This document shows positions 37,536 through 50,674 of a stretch of DNA of 64,000 nucleotides, one piece after another. The stretch's first letter is position 1; every line of letters begins with the position of its first letter. Where the stretch lies: the NCBI RefSeq assembly GCF_006345805.1, contig NC_043002.1, positions 81,840,001 to 81,904,000 on the forward strand, in the 5' to 3' direction. The DNA is from Octopus sinensis (taxonomy: Eukaryota). A program made the position numbers and the translations under genes. Below the pieces are notes generated by a model. It was not told where the DNA came from. It did no database searches and saw nothing but the letters and a program-made list of their open reading frames with translations.

Positions 37536-39320
37536 AACAAAATCTTTGTAAATAGTTCAATGTTTTCAAAATTAATTTCGAAACATAGATAAAGTATATT
37601 TCTTCTAGAAACTCAATCCAGGAGTGGGTGGTTATTGCAGACATATGTTTCAACACTTCTAAAAAATATGAAAGAAAACTAAGAAAACCTCAGTGAGGCA
37701 TGGACATTAGTGCAAGAATGGAATCTGCCTAAGGGTTGCAGTTACATTCTCATTGTGCCTCTCCCTAATAATGGGGAGGGGGTTGCTTGTACCCCTGCAC
37801 CCCTAGTTCCCAAGCCTATGGATATGGAAGTGAATACTATAAAGTCTTTCTTATAATCTGCTGACCTTACAAATCAATTCATTTGTTACCATATTTCTAT
37901 TGAAATACACTGATTTTCTTTCAATTAATTTTGATAATAAATGAATTTAGTTAATTAACTTCGTTCTTATTAAGCTGATGTTTTGGAACATAAATAACAT
38001 GAAATTTTAATGGGAAGTTTTAATTTCGATTACTTTTGAACAAGGAATTTGAATTGGTGGAATCAAGAGCAGTTTCAGACAGGTTCATATTGAAGGAGTT
38101 AAACAGTAATTATTGTTACATGATAATTATCCACTTCTAAATATAAGGGGGGGGGGTCTTTATGTGTCTTTTGGTGGGAGTGTGGTGTGCCATTCTCTGT
38201 TACTTCAGTGAAAGTCTCGTTATGCAGAGAGGAGCAAAACGATTGAGCGAAGAAGCTTTGTTTGTTATGATATATTACTGGAAACAACCAGAAGTGCCTG
38301 ATTTCTTTTATGAAATCAGGTTATTGCTGTTACTGTTGTTTTGGTTCGGGATATTGTGAAGCAGTTGAGCCAATCTATCTTATCCACCTACTAAATTGCT
38401 TGCTGTCTATGCCCCCTTTCACAAATGGGTTGAAAATTCCTGATGATACACTATCATTTCAGGGTGGCAATTACTGTTATAGAGCCAGGCTACAAGTGGT
38501 AATGTTGAAGAAGCCAGCAGTAAAAACTTGCTCTTGTGTCTGTAATTACTGGATTTCATTTATTGTTACATCTCTCTCTCTCTCTCACTCACACACACAG
38601 TAATAATATGGTGGAACAGGAGCAGCTTCTTAAGTATCTCTCTCTCTTCCTCTTTCTCTGACAAACATACACACAGAATAGTGAAAACTAATAGCTATCC
38701 AGCTACACACACATACTCATTCACTCACTCATACACACACACACACACTCTTTCTCTCTCTCTTACTCTCTCATGCATGCATAGCAAACACACTCACACA
38801 TACACAATGTGTATGCAGACCTCTTGTCTCATTTAAATTCTTTTTTTTTTAATCGCTATTCATTTTAACTATTCCAAAGAGAGTTTAGTTGGTAAGTGTT
38901 TGTATAAAATTTGTAATTACAGTCTTGCTTAAATATTTATTTAAGCTGAATATAAACTTCCAAATAATTTTTTTATAAATTGATTTTAAAATCCCAATTG
39001 AATGAATAAATTCCATAAAACTGTTTGCATTTTTCGACTGTAGGAAGAACAACAATTTAGCTGCAAAATACTGCTTCATTACAACATCGTTTTTTTGTTG
39101 TTTTTTCCCCCCATGTGAACTGGAGTAGGGTACTATCAAGATCAAGTTGACATATTCATGTCCTTGTGTTCCATTTTGTTCAATCTTGTGCCAATATAAC
39201 ATTTGCGTTTAAGAAATAAATCAAGAAGAACAAAGAAAATTTGTTAGTCTAAAACAAGCCATCTTGAAACGGATTCAAGAAATTATATAGCAGTGTATGT
39301 GTATATGCGTATTCTTTTAA

Positions 39321-39550
39321 TCGCTTCAGTCATTTGACTGCAGCCATACTTGGATATTATCTTCAAGGATTTTGGTTGATCAGGCGCAGGTATGGTTATG
39401 TGGTTAAGAAGCTCACATAGTAACCATGTGGTTTTGATTTCAGACCCACTGCCCAGCACTTTGGGCAAGTGTCTTCTTCTATTCTATTATAGCCCTGGGC
39501 AGACAAATGCTTTGTGACTAAATGTGTTAGACAGGAAAATGTGGAAGCCC
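39321..39550. mobile_element. SINE A tail (-) abutting SINE A head (+)
   Basis: ttcagtcatttgactgcagcca followed by aggcgcaggtatggttatgtggttaagaag...ttgggcaagtgtcttct. Confidence 0.75.
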
Positions 39551-39577
39551 ATTGTGTGTGTATCTGTCTTACATATG

Positions 39578-40095
39578 CAGGATGCGGTGAATTAATTGTC
39601 ATCTGAATTATGCAAAAATGAAAACAGCACTGACATCTAATTTTAACAAATATATTTACTAAAATTACATAAAAATATCTTGAAATACTAAAGAGTAAAT
39701 TTATTCAATAGAATCGCTATTGGCTTTAACCATGACCTCCAAGTCACTTCGGAGTTTCCTGCAACTCTTCTGGACGGTCTCCTTGTTTAAGCTGGTTAAT
39801 TCTGCCATAATCCTACCTTCAGTTCATTTTTGGTGTTACAAGAAGTTTTGTGGGTCTCTTGCTCAATTGCACCCCACACAATAATCTTAGGGGTTGAGCC
39901 TGGGGAGTTAGGTGACCAGATGTTAGGGCTGATGTGGTAGCAGAAATTGTCTCAGCCATGACTGGGTTCTTCTGTTTGTGTGGCATGTTGCAGAGTCCTG
40001 TTGCCAGTTATAGGGTCTTCCAGCAGCCACCCCCTTGATCCAGGACAGTACTACCTCCTCCAGGCACTTGATGTAGGCCTCTGTGTTGAGTCTAA
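39578..40095 (-). mobile_element. Second decayed maT/Tc1-like (about DD37D) transposon, 3' half
   Basis: LRLNTEAYIKCLEEVVLSW...WQQDSATCHTNRRTQSW...IWSPNSP.NP.DY...LEVMVKANSDSIE*. D-to-D spacing about 37 after frameshift correction. Same family as 3630-4252. Confidence 0.88.
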
Positions 40096-40212
40096 GGCAA
40101 AAGTTGTAAATATATTTTATACATTGCAAGTTAATGACATCCCTGTGCCTGATGAGATCCCATTTCATTTTAATAACCATTACTAGTTTTAGCATTTTTT
40201 TTTTTTTTTTGT

Positions 40213-40411
40213 ACTTGTTTCAGTCATTTGACTGCGGCCATGCTGGAGCACCGCCTTTAGAGTGGTGAAAGAGTACAGCAGGGATCACCACCTCCTGCCG
40301 GAGCCTCGTGGAGCTTTTAGGTGTTTTTCGCTCAATAAACACACACAATGCCTGGTCTGGGAATCGAAACCGCAAGTCCGCTGCCCTAACCACTAGGCCA
40401 TTGCGCCTCCA
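40213..40411 (-). mobile_element. SINE with family G-type tRNA head and family A 3' tail
   Basis: Minus strand: tggaggcgcaatggcctagtggttag...ttcgattccc...aaaggcggtgctccagcatggccgcagtcaaatgactgaaacaag. Confidence 0.8.
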
Positions 40412-42772
40412 CATGTATAATATAATTACTGCTATAAGTAAAAATTTAGTATGTTTATTATATTGCCTCACTGCCCCCTGAGGACTAATACCCCCTTTAA
40501 TATGCCCAGTGTTCCCTTGGGGATGGTATTGCCAATGTTGAGAACCTCTGATCTAAGGTATCAGTTTTGCCCTTAGATGTTATTCTCCTTTGGGCCTTCA
40601 TGAACATTTCCTTTTTTGTGTCCACTTCCTAAATTGGAGATGTGATGATCTTTCCCAGGGTCAGAGACAACTTATCACATCCCACACATTGATTGGACTT
40701 TATTACTCATAACTGTTACCTACCAAGTTGAATCTGCCTCTTTGCAGGCTGTACTGATTTGACCTCTCCAGGGTGTGGACATGGGCCGTTGTTTATGGAA
40801 GAGTTTTCAAGCTTCCCAGACATTGAGATCACTCTCCCAGCCTTGTGGATATGATTTAGGGGAATTTTACTGTTCCTCATTTACTTTTGTATAGACGAAG
40901 AGCACTGCACTAAATAGAAAATTATATTTGCTATATTTTAGCTTCATTATTTCCTGCCATGTGTGATTAAGTTCAGAGGGTTTGTTGATGAAATAAGATA
41001 CGCAAATACACTGATTGGTGTGTGCGCGCGTGCTTGTGTAATTTAATTTTTCATAATATTACACTGACCTATATATCTCTTGTAAAAATTTTTGCCTAGT
41101 GTCAGTCAACTTCAAAGAAATCAACATTTCCATGGGGTATACGTAGAGGGGGATGGAGAGGGAGAGAGGAAGAGAGAGTAGGTACACGTGTGTGCGGCGT
41201 GCGTGTGTGCGTATGTATTTAGGGAAAGGCTGTTAGTTTCTAAAGGGAGCTTGTTCAGTGCAGGGTATATAGGAAGTGATACATAGCGTTGTGAGTGACA
41301 AGAGACAGGTGTGATTGGCTGACAGGAAAACTGAGTGGAGAGTAAAGTAAAGAGGGCAAGATGTGATCTGTCCAAGACCTAGAAAAGAAAAAAAAGGGGG
41401 AGAAAGTGTCAGATGGTGGAAATACCACTCTGAACTCTGCTATTGATTGTTAAGTTAGTCCTTTAGTACAAGAGAAATGGACTAACACCTAAAACATCAC
41501 TTCTTTTTAATAGCGGAATTCTCCAAACACCTACTGGGGCTCTCTGTTCCTTCTCCGCTTTGTCAATTTGTTGTGTCAGCCCTTTTCCCTGCTTTTGACT
41601 GCTCTCTTCTTCCTTACCTTTCTCACTAATTTACCGTTCTTTAACAACTTTCTACACACACACACACACACGTGAGTAACATATACACCTTAGCCATTCT
41701 CTTTCACCTCCTACACACATTTTGGTGCCAGACTTGGTTTGCTTTGCTTCCTGTCTTTCTACTTTCATTAAGTTACTAGTCTCTATTTCTTCTTTTCTAT
41801 CTTTTCTCTAGAAGTGATCTTATCTGTGTGTATGTGTTTATATGTGTGTGTGTGGTGTGTGTGTGTGTGTGTGTGTGTGTGCATGCATGAGAGAGAGAAG
41901 AGAAAAAGTGAGATAGGAACAAATGGAAAGAGAAAGAGAGAGTGTGGAGGGAAGGAGTGATATTTACATCTGTTAAAGCTACTGGGAATAAGGTAACGCC
42001 ATTTTGCAAATGATTCAACATAAGTAAGGCGCTAAGCTTCAGTCAATGACACCTGAACCTAAATAATAGTTCTCTGGCTCAATGAGCCTCCTCTTTTTCA
42101 TCACCGCTGTCATCATCATCATCATCATTATCATCACCATCATCATCATTGCTGTTGTCATCAACATCACCGTGATCATTATCGTTCAGGAGTGTAATGC
42201 CTTTTAGACAATACTGTTTTCACTTCTACTGTTGTTTGTCATTAACACGAGCGCGCACACACACACACACACACTCTCGTACACACACACACACACACAC
42301 ACACCTGTTATGACAAATGACACCAAACAAGAGAAAACTCTTCCTTATGCAAATGTTGCTGCTGATGACTGATTGATAACTATCTCGTCTTAGTGTTATT
42401 CACACACACACACAGTTAACATTCCAGTTCACACATGCACATGTATGTATATGTGTGTTTATACTCACACATTTGTGTGATATACATACCTATATATTAT
42501 ACAGTTAAGTCTTTTTTTTTTTGGTTGTAATTGGATGTGTTTACCTGGATGCAACTGTCAGTTTAGCAGCTGCACTGGAGTGTTTGATATACTTTTGTCG
42601 CAGAACATACAAAGATCTATTACAGTTAATTCTCTTTTTAGTGCAATCTTTCAGTGCTTGTGGTATATATACACACTCACACACACATACCAGTAAAAAT
42701 TGAGAAGAATGTATACATTTAGTGTTAAGAGATGGCTGTGTTAGTGTGTGTGTCTGTGTGTAATATTATATA

Positions 42773-43655
42773 TGTGGTCTGATCAATAAGTATCGGGACT
42801 GTTGCCATAGTAACGAAACTAAAGCACGCAGAGTGAAGCTGCTTGGCACAGATTGACCTTGAACTCTGCTGTGCATGTGCACTAAGTGTTAACGTTCTAG
42901 CTCACTTCCACTGCTTACAGCACTACTTGGAAGGAAGGTGTGTGGCGTGTGATTGTCGCATTGACCATGACAAAGTTGAGAAGAGAATCTGCATCGAATT
43001 TTGCCAAAAGCATGGCGATACATGCTCAGAGGCCTATGCAAAGTTTTCAAAAGGTTTTCATCGTTCTCAACACAATCAAGGAGGTTCTTGTGCAACTGAA
43101 ACCCGAATGTCTTTTTTTGGTCAGCTGAAAGTAGTTTTGGTACAGACTTGGCAGGCACGCATCTCATACCCAAATCTTCAGTGATAATGGACAGAACACA
43201 ACCATGACTAACCTGCACTTCCTCTGATAACTCACGGATGGTGGCTCGATGATTTCCCCCTCACAGTTGCACGCACATCTGAGATGTTATTCTCAGTTTT
43301 GCTGGTTGCAGGTCTCCCAGAACGTTCGTTAATATTGATATTTTTGTGACCACCTTGGAAACATCTGAACCACTCATGCACTTGTGTGCGGCTCACACAC
43401 TCCTCTCCATACACTTTCTGCCACTTTGCATAGGCCTCTGAACAGGTATCGCCATGACAACGTTTTCTGTCATGGTCAATGCAATGATCACATGCTACAC
43501 ACATTTCTTCCAAGTACTGCTGTAAACAGCAGAAGTGAGCTTCAACATTAAAACTTAGTGTCAATTTGTGGTCAATCTGTGCCAAGTGGCTTCACTCTGT
43601 GTGCGTTAGCTTCGTTACTATGGCAACAGTCTGGATACTTATTGATCAGACCACA
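42773..43655 (-). mobile_element. Non-autonomous mariner with the 5' end duplicated in inverted orientation (fold-back type)
   Basis: TIR gtggtctgatcaataagtatc at both ends. Minus strand gives HGDTCSEAYAKWQKVYGEECVSRTQVHEWF...ERSGRP...LGMRCVPAKSVPKLL (mariner HTH and WVPxEL-like linker); plus strand repeats EKRICIEFCQKHGDTCSEAYAK. Confidence 0.92.
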
Positions 43656-43786
43656 CGTGCGCGCACACACACATACACACACATACACGAATATGAGGTA
43701 AAGTAATTTTGAATACCGGAAAACTCAGTACAAAGATATAGAATCAAATATTTTTATTCAAAAGATAGATCCGCCATCCATTATAC

Positions 43787-43829
43787 ATTCCGTCTGCCAG
43801 TTTCACCATCCATCGGTTCATCAGGTAAT
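43787..43829 (-). ncRNA. Degenerate minimal type I hammerhead ribozyme motif (Penelope-like)
   Basis: Minus strand attac-CTGATGA-accg atgga tggt-GAAA-ctg g cag-AC-ggaat: both core boxes, stem II and short stem III present; cleavage triplet GAC instead of GUC. Confidence 0.5.
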
Positions 43830-44013
43830 TAGCACACCTTGTTGCTGTTCATGTTATCTTAACAATCATTCCAACAAAGTGGTGTAATAATGTGTTTTGA
43901 TGAAGTAATGGAAATGTGAAGAAACTGACAGCCATAATGTGGCCAGTGGTTTACTCAGCCTTTGATTTAAAGATTTTTCTCTTGTATAAACACAAAATAT
44001 ACACATGCGTACA

Positions 44014-44269
44014 CACCTCCTTATTAGCTTTGGTGTTTCTCTTTCCCTCTTTTCTCTTTTACTTGTTTCAGTCATTTGACTGTGGCCATGCTGGAGCACC
44101 GCCTTTAGTCGAGCAAATCGACCCCAGGACTTATTCTTTGTAAGCCTAGTACTTATTCTATCGTTCTCTTTTGCCGAACCACTAAGTTACGGGGACGTAA
44201 ACACACCAGCATCGGTTGTCAAGCGATGTTAGGGGGACAAACACACACACACGACGGGCTTCTTTCAGT
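44014..44269 (-). mobile_element. 5'-truncated SINE A plus unique flank, duplicated from 45462-45730
   Basis: Shares the non-SINE flank cacctccttattagctttggtg with the copy 1448 bp downstream. Confidence 0.85.
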
Positions 44270-44412
44270 CTGTGTGACTCATTACTCAGATTTCTCGCTT
44301 CCAATCTACAAATGACTGATAAGGTGACATTTGAAGCTTTTTTATAAACACATCTTATAGCTGGATCTGCTCAGGTCATATTGAACATCATTTATCAGGG
44401 ATTAATGGTTTT

Positions 44413-44560
44413 CATCATCATCATCATCATCATTTAACGTCCGCTTTCCATGCTAGCATGGGTTGGACGGTTCAACTGGGGTCTGGGGAGCCCGAAAGCT
44501 GCACCAGTCCAGTCAGATCTGGCAGTGTTTCTACAGCTGGATGCCCTTCCTAACGCCAAT
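44413..44560 (-). mobile_element. SINE-like family C, young 3' fragment
   Basis: (cat)n ttaacgtccgctttccatgctagcatgggttggacgg...ggatgcccttcctaacgcc. Confidence 0.85.
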
Positions 44561-45507
44561 AGGCGTTTTATATATATATATATATATATACACACACATA
44601 ACAGTTTATTTTTAAATGAAACATAAGTAAAAGCATTAGAAGTGCTGTGGAACAAATTTACCATTGGAGGAGATTTTCTGTAAAAGAAAAATGTATCTGA
44701 GGATGAGTGATAATTTTGTAAAAGTAACTGTAGTGAATCTACGAATGTCTAAGTATGTGAAAGCCACTACCAGTGATAGAAATGTTTAAAAGGTTTGCAA
44801 TAAATTGATTTTATTTTGGGGTGCAATGTAGCCTGTGTAGAAGCATGTGGTTTAGTGATTAGGGTGTTACACTCATGAAAGTAAGGTTGAGGCTTCGATT
44901 CCTGGACCAGGCGATGTGTTGTGTTCTTTGAGCAGGAGATTTAATTTCATGCTGCTCTGGTTTACTCAGCTAGCAAAAATAAGCAATATGGTGAAGTTGC
45001 AACAGGTCTAGCAAGCCTGTGGTGGATGGTGGACCTTCCTAAATAAACAAACAGCTTCTAGAGTGACAGGCTATATAGGCCTACCTGGTGTTAGATGTTA
45101 CCTTTACATAGTCTATAATTGGCGATATCAATTAGACATAATCTCTGTTTTCTTAAGTCTGTAGCTAAGTGGTTGTTACTCTTCTTCGTTATTATTAGTA
45201 TGAATATGAGAGTTTGTCATTTTTATTTATTTAAGCAAATGGTGCGTGGGTCATATGTATTAGGTCAATTTTCTAGGTCAGCTCTGTTTTCATTAAGTGT
45301 ACATATTGTGTGTGTGTGTGTGTGGGGGGTTTATATTTGTGGTGCGACATACATTCCCACACACACACATGCATACACATAACTTCCATATGCATACAAT
45401 GAATCACTGTGAAACAGCCACGACTGAAGTACATTTCACAACATCATGTCCCTGGGGTCTCCACCTCCTTATTAGCTTTGGTGCTTCTCTTTCTCTCTTT
45501 TCACTTT

Positions 45508-45870
45508 TACTGGTTTCAGTCATTTGACTGCGGCCATGCTGGAGCACCACCTTTAGTCGAGCAAATCGACCTCGGGACTTATTCTTTGTAAAGCCTTGTA
45601 CTTATTCTTTCGATCTCTTTTGCCGAACTGCTAAGTTACGGGGACGTAAACACACTGGCATCGGTTGTCAAGCGATGTTAGGGGGGCAAACACACACACA
45701 CACATATATACGACGGGCTTCTTTCAGTTTCCATCTACCAAATCCACTCACAAGGCTTTGGTCGGCCCGAGGCTATAGTAGAAGACACTTGCCCAAGGTG
45801 CCGCACAGTGGGACTGAACCGGGAACCATGTGGTTCGCAAGCAAACTACTTACCACACAGCCACTCCTGC
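45508..45870 (-). mobile_element. SINE family A, young full-length copy
   Basis: Complete head to tail with CpGs retained. Confidence 0.92.
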
Positions 45871-45958
45871 CAATAACATCAATGTAGTTTGAGTGGTCCT
45901 CATCCTCTGTTAAGGCACAGATTTCTTCAAAGCATAAACATCTCATATATTCTGTTGT

Positions 45959-46158
45959 TTGACCCTTTATCGTTCATATCATTCTGTGAAATGTAAAAGC
46001 TTATTTATTTGCATTGCTTGGGATTCATCATACATCTATCTTATCTTGTAGCCTTGAGATTTCGATGATGCGAATGTTTATTTTTAAGAATGATATTGTA
46101 GGGTAGGTGTGAGAGGCTGGATTCGGCCAGTTTGAACAGATAGAATATTTTGGCCAGA
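45959..46158. mobile_element. MITE family D copy
   Basis: attgtagggtaggtgtgagaggctggatt...agaatattttggccagata. Confidence 0.8.
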
Positions 46159-47499
46159 TAGACACACAAACACACACATAATATATATATGTATATACAT
46201 ACATATATTCACACACGCACATTGAAACGTGTGTAGATATTCATACATCAATATGGTATGTGTGTACAGTATAGTGCTAGTTTTGGAATCTGGAATAGCA
46301 CTCTCTGTCTCTCTCTCTCTCTATCTTCTCTTGCTCTCCCTGTCTTCCACATATGTACACTAGTCCAATATTTGGATAATAAAGAGAAGTTAGTCATTAT
46401 TGGACCGCTTCTTGGAGCTTAAGGAAAAAAAGAAATACATTCTCTCTCTTTCTCTCTCTGACACACACACACAAGCCTTGATATGTTGGCTTCATCTGCT
46501 AGAAGTAGTAGCCAATTTTCCCCCTTAAGCCACACCTTACTGTCTTAAAAGATGACAACCTTTTTGATTATGCAGTCCTGGATGTACAGATGGCACAGTC
46601 ATGGTTGGAAGACCATCAATCAAAGATCTGCTTGATTAGAACTCACCTGGGGCTAAACAATGAAAATACGAAACCAGCTAGCACACATTCAATTTGAAAA
46701 GACTGCTAGAGATTTTCTTCTTTCATTTTGGCCTCACTGACAATAATACCAATTTGTCATCACCTCATCATCAAGATATTTATAGTGCAGGTATGGGTTT
46801 GTCTTTCAGTTAAGAAGCCCCTTTAAGATAAGATGGGTTTAAGGTTTTCTGGCATTTTCTGTATATCTCCCTCTCCTGTCTGTCTGTCTGTCTGTCTCCT
46901 CTCTTTCTCTGTCTGTCTGTCTGTCTGTCTGTCTCTCACTCTCTCTCTCACTGTTTTGCAGATGCAAAACAGCTGGTGATGTGCCCCATGTGACAAAGAC
47001 ACTCATCTCTTCTCCTCCTGCACTTCCACCACCCATCTTGTCATCGTTTTCCCCCTTCTTTCAGTACTTTGTTATTGAGCGAGCGAGAGAGAGAGAGAGA
47101 GAGAGAGGGGGGGCAGACAGAGACAGAGAACTGATGAAGGATAAAAAAAAAAAGTGGTTGTGAGGGGGGAGAGCGTAGAGAGAAAGAATTAGTTTGAGGG
47201 GTTGCGGATGAGGATGAATGTAGGGGTGGGTGAGTGTAGGGTAGCATTTTGAATTCAAGAACAAGATATAGTAATGTAGTAAGCAAACTGGAGAGTTACA
47301 GTCCATGTTTTTTAATTCCCCCGTTGTTGCTGTTTATGTTGTTGTTGGTGATGGTGATGGTGATGGTTGCTTTCTTTTTGTTTGACATGTGAATCAAATT
47401 TACATGCCCTGTTCTCTGGTTGTTTTTTCTGTCATTTGTATGTTTTTTTGTGTGTGTGTGTGTATGTATGCACACGCGCACGTGTGTGTGTGTATTTAT

Positions 47500-47678
47500 A
47501 TTGTGTTCTTGTGTATTCTTATATTCATATGAAATACACATATATACACTCACATACATGCACAAATGTATTTTACATACATACATACATTGTGTTCTTG
47601 TGTATTCTTATATTCATATGAAATACACACATATATATACACTTGCATACATGCATAAATGTATTTTACATACATACA
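47500..47678 (+). repeat. Tandem duplication, two units of about 89 bp
   Basis: attgtgttcttgtgtattcttatattcatatgaaatacac...aatgtattttacatacatacat starts at 47500 and 47589. Confidence 0.92.
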
Positions 47679-47943
47679 TGTATGTATATATATGTTAGAA
47701 CAAAGATATAGAATGCGTGTACTTGTGCTTTGCTTATCGGGCATATATAACAGCGTGTGTATGGTTGTGGTGGTGGTGTTGGTGATAATGGCGCGGTTGT
47801 GTGTACATACGAAGAGAAAAGATTGAGGTTGAAGCAGAGAAAGAAAAACAGGAGAGAGAATGAGAGAAAGTTAAATAGGGATAGAGTATAAACAGTATGT
47901 GCTTCGTAAGTATTGCATATGATGAATATATAGGCACAATTAC

Positions 47944-47974
<31 letters not shown>

Positions 47975-48899
47975 GGAGGAGAGTATGCAAGGAGTATGAA
48001 AAAAGAGACACAGGAGGGAGAAACTGTGTGTCTGAGGTGTTGTGTTGATGTAAGATTGTAAATATAACTGGAGTCAGTGACACAAGCATTTAGCAAAGTT
48101 CACATTGTTTAATGCAATCGGAAAACAATAACTAAACTGTTACAAGTGCCTGTTAATGAGACTAAAGCAACTTAGAGCTTGCTAACTACTACTGAGTATA
48201 TTGGCCTTTACATCTCTCTCTCTCTCTCTCTCTCTCTGTCTGAAAGTGCAAGTATGCGTGTATATATATATATGTGTGTGTGTGCCTGTGTCTCTATAAT
48301 ATATATGCATATTCGTGTGTGTGGAGTTTGAGTGTGTGCATATATGTGTATATAATTGTATATAAGTAATGTGTGTGTGCACACACATTATTAAGGGATA
48401 AAACTCAAAGCAACAAAGTTTCATAAGTGCCTTGCACTAAAATTCTTGGTCCCTGGGTCCTTTATTTTACTTTACAGCTACTTTTCCTGTTTCCATCACC
48501 ATACGCATGCATTGTGTGTGTGAGAGAGAGAGAGAGAGATTGCCCTTATTCTTTTGACTTTGGTCCCAATATTGTTCTTTTACATAGATGATACAAGCAT
48601 TTGTACTTCCTTAAGCTTCCCCCACTTTATGTATGTGTGTGTATATATAAATAATTCACATATAATCTAGATACCACACACAAAACCTCCACTGATTCTA
48701 TGAACAAAGACCTTGAAAGGGTCTTCCAGTGCGTTTATACCAATATTGTCTCTTTCAACAGTAACCACAAACACTACCCATATCAAAAAAAAAAAAGAAA
48801 AATACACACACACACACTACACCACACCACACCACACCATCTCTCTTTAAACATGCACAGTGCTCAGTTAGAACCCTCAGGGTCACATCTCAACAAGGG

Positions 48900-49330
48900 C
48901 ACTTCTCTTCAGTGCTCAGTCCTGAATTCTGAGTGGTAAGCAAGGCAAGTTGTAACTTGCCGATAAAACTATTACTGCAGTGTGTGTAAGGTTTATACTT
49001 ATATATGATGGTGTAATCAGCATTAGTTGGCTACTAACTGCTATTGAATTTGTGGCAGCTGTAGCATAAGGGATGGAAATTGTTCTTGGTTAGAAATTCT
49101 GGTGGAATTAAAATTTCAGTTGAAATTTATGGAATATCTTCATCAGCGAATGGCTTAGAAAAAAATGCCAGAAGAAAACCCCAAATTAGTCAGCAGGATG
49201 GCAATGAAGCTTTCTTTGTAGAGGATCATAGTAGAGTGTTGCAATGTATGCAGTTTTGGGCAAGCATGAAGAAGACTGTTACATACCCTGAGGAAAATAA
49301 GAGTGGCTTATTCCGATTGTAGTGGGCAAA
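48900..49330 (-). mobile_element. Possible Penelope-like remnant (GIY-YIG region)
   Basis: Minus peptides LTNLGFS, TISIPY and IIYKYK..HCSNSFIGK occur in the order expected for NGYP, LPY and VIYxxxCxxCxxxYIG motifs; heavily decayed. Confidence 0.35.
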
Positions 49331-49981
49331 GCATTTCCTTAATCTCAGTGTCTCCTGATGAAACAGGACAGAGATTTTTGGTTTCTGCCTTTTACTAAAC
49401 TTAAAGCTGTACAGAACTATCCTTCTAAGTTATTGGCTGTAAGTCCTGTGTAGTTCTTCAGAATACAATTTGGTGGAGTGAAAGTAAGAGTCGTGCATGT
49501 ATTTATATAGGCAAGTATATATCTATGTGTGTGTTTATATCTATTTGCGTGTGTACGCATGCATCATGAATGTTCTCATCCATTGGGTAGCTTGCATTTG
49601 CACTTTTCTCTGTGAGTTCACTTGTTAAGACACTACTTTGTCTCTTCAAAGACCGTAAAGACCAGCCCACATAAGTGGTATTGAAAGTGCAGTCTTAAGA
49701 AAGAACATCTTTGTCATATTGTAGCAGAAAATACTTTAATATAATTTTCAATGTATGTAAACACACATTTAGTGTGTAGTATATACTACATGTATATATA
49801 TATTCATATCAGGAAAGTGCATAATGTCTGGACTTAAACTAAAGGTCCTATTCAGTGAAGTACAGTAGGTATCCCACTGAGCTGTGGTGTGGATTCTAAA
49901 AATAAAAAGCCAATAACGCACACACAAACCTATCCACCCATCATTATTTAATGTCCATGTTTGTTCCTTGCTGGCATAGGT

Positions 49982-50044
<63 letters not shown>

Positions 50045-50228
50045 AGTTTAAAGGCTTACAACAGCTGTTTCAGCAAGATCTTTTAAATTGATGAATAGTT
50101 GCACATATGTATATGTATGACATGTCTACATATGTGTAGGACTTGGCCCTTTTCGCTGTGTCCTGAATGATAAAATACCTAAATTCTAACAAATCCTATA
50201 GCTGATTTTATATATATATATATATATA

Positions 50229-50583
50229 TGAGCGGCTGTGTGGTAAGAAACTTGCTTCCCAACCACATGGTTCCGGGTTCAGTTCCGCTGCATGGCACCC
50301 TGAGGAAGTGTCTTCTTCTATCACATCAGTCTTGTAAGTGGATTTGATAGGCAGAAACTGAAAGAAGCCAGTCATATATATATATAATATATATATATTA
50401 TATATATATATATATATATATCTACATACATATATATATATATATATATACATACATACATATGCACGTGTGTGTGTTTTCCCCCCCACCATTACTTGAC
50501 AACTGATGTTGGTGTGTTTACATCCCCATAACTTAGCGGTTTGGCAAAAGATGGAATAAGTACTAGGCTTACAAAGAATAAGT
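50229..50583 (+). mobile_element. SINE family A with expanded internal (TA)n
   Basis: Head gcggctgtgtggtaagaaacttgcttcccaaccacatggttccgggttcag; body resumes after about 110 bp of microsatellite. Confidence 0.88.
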
Positions 50584-50643
50584 CATCGGGCTGATTTGTT
50601 TGGCTCGGGGTAGTACTTTTTTTTTTTTTTACTTGTCTCAGTC

Positions 50644-50674
<31 letters not shown>

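Noticed and set aside
38860-38897. 12-nt microexon candidate AAG|agagtttagttg|GTAAGT
   Set aside because: AAG acceptor with a poor adjacent pyrimidine tract; insufficient without RNA data.
46860-47070. Strong-looking acceptor ttttgcag followed by an open frame
   Set aside because: The pyrimidine tract is a (TCTG)/(CT) microsatellite and no good donor follows.
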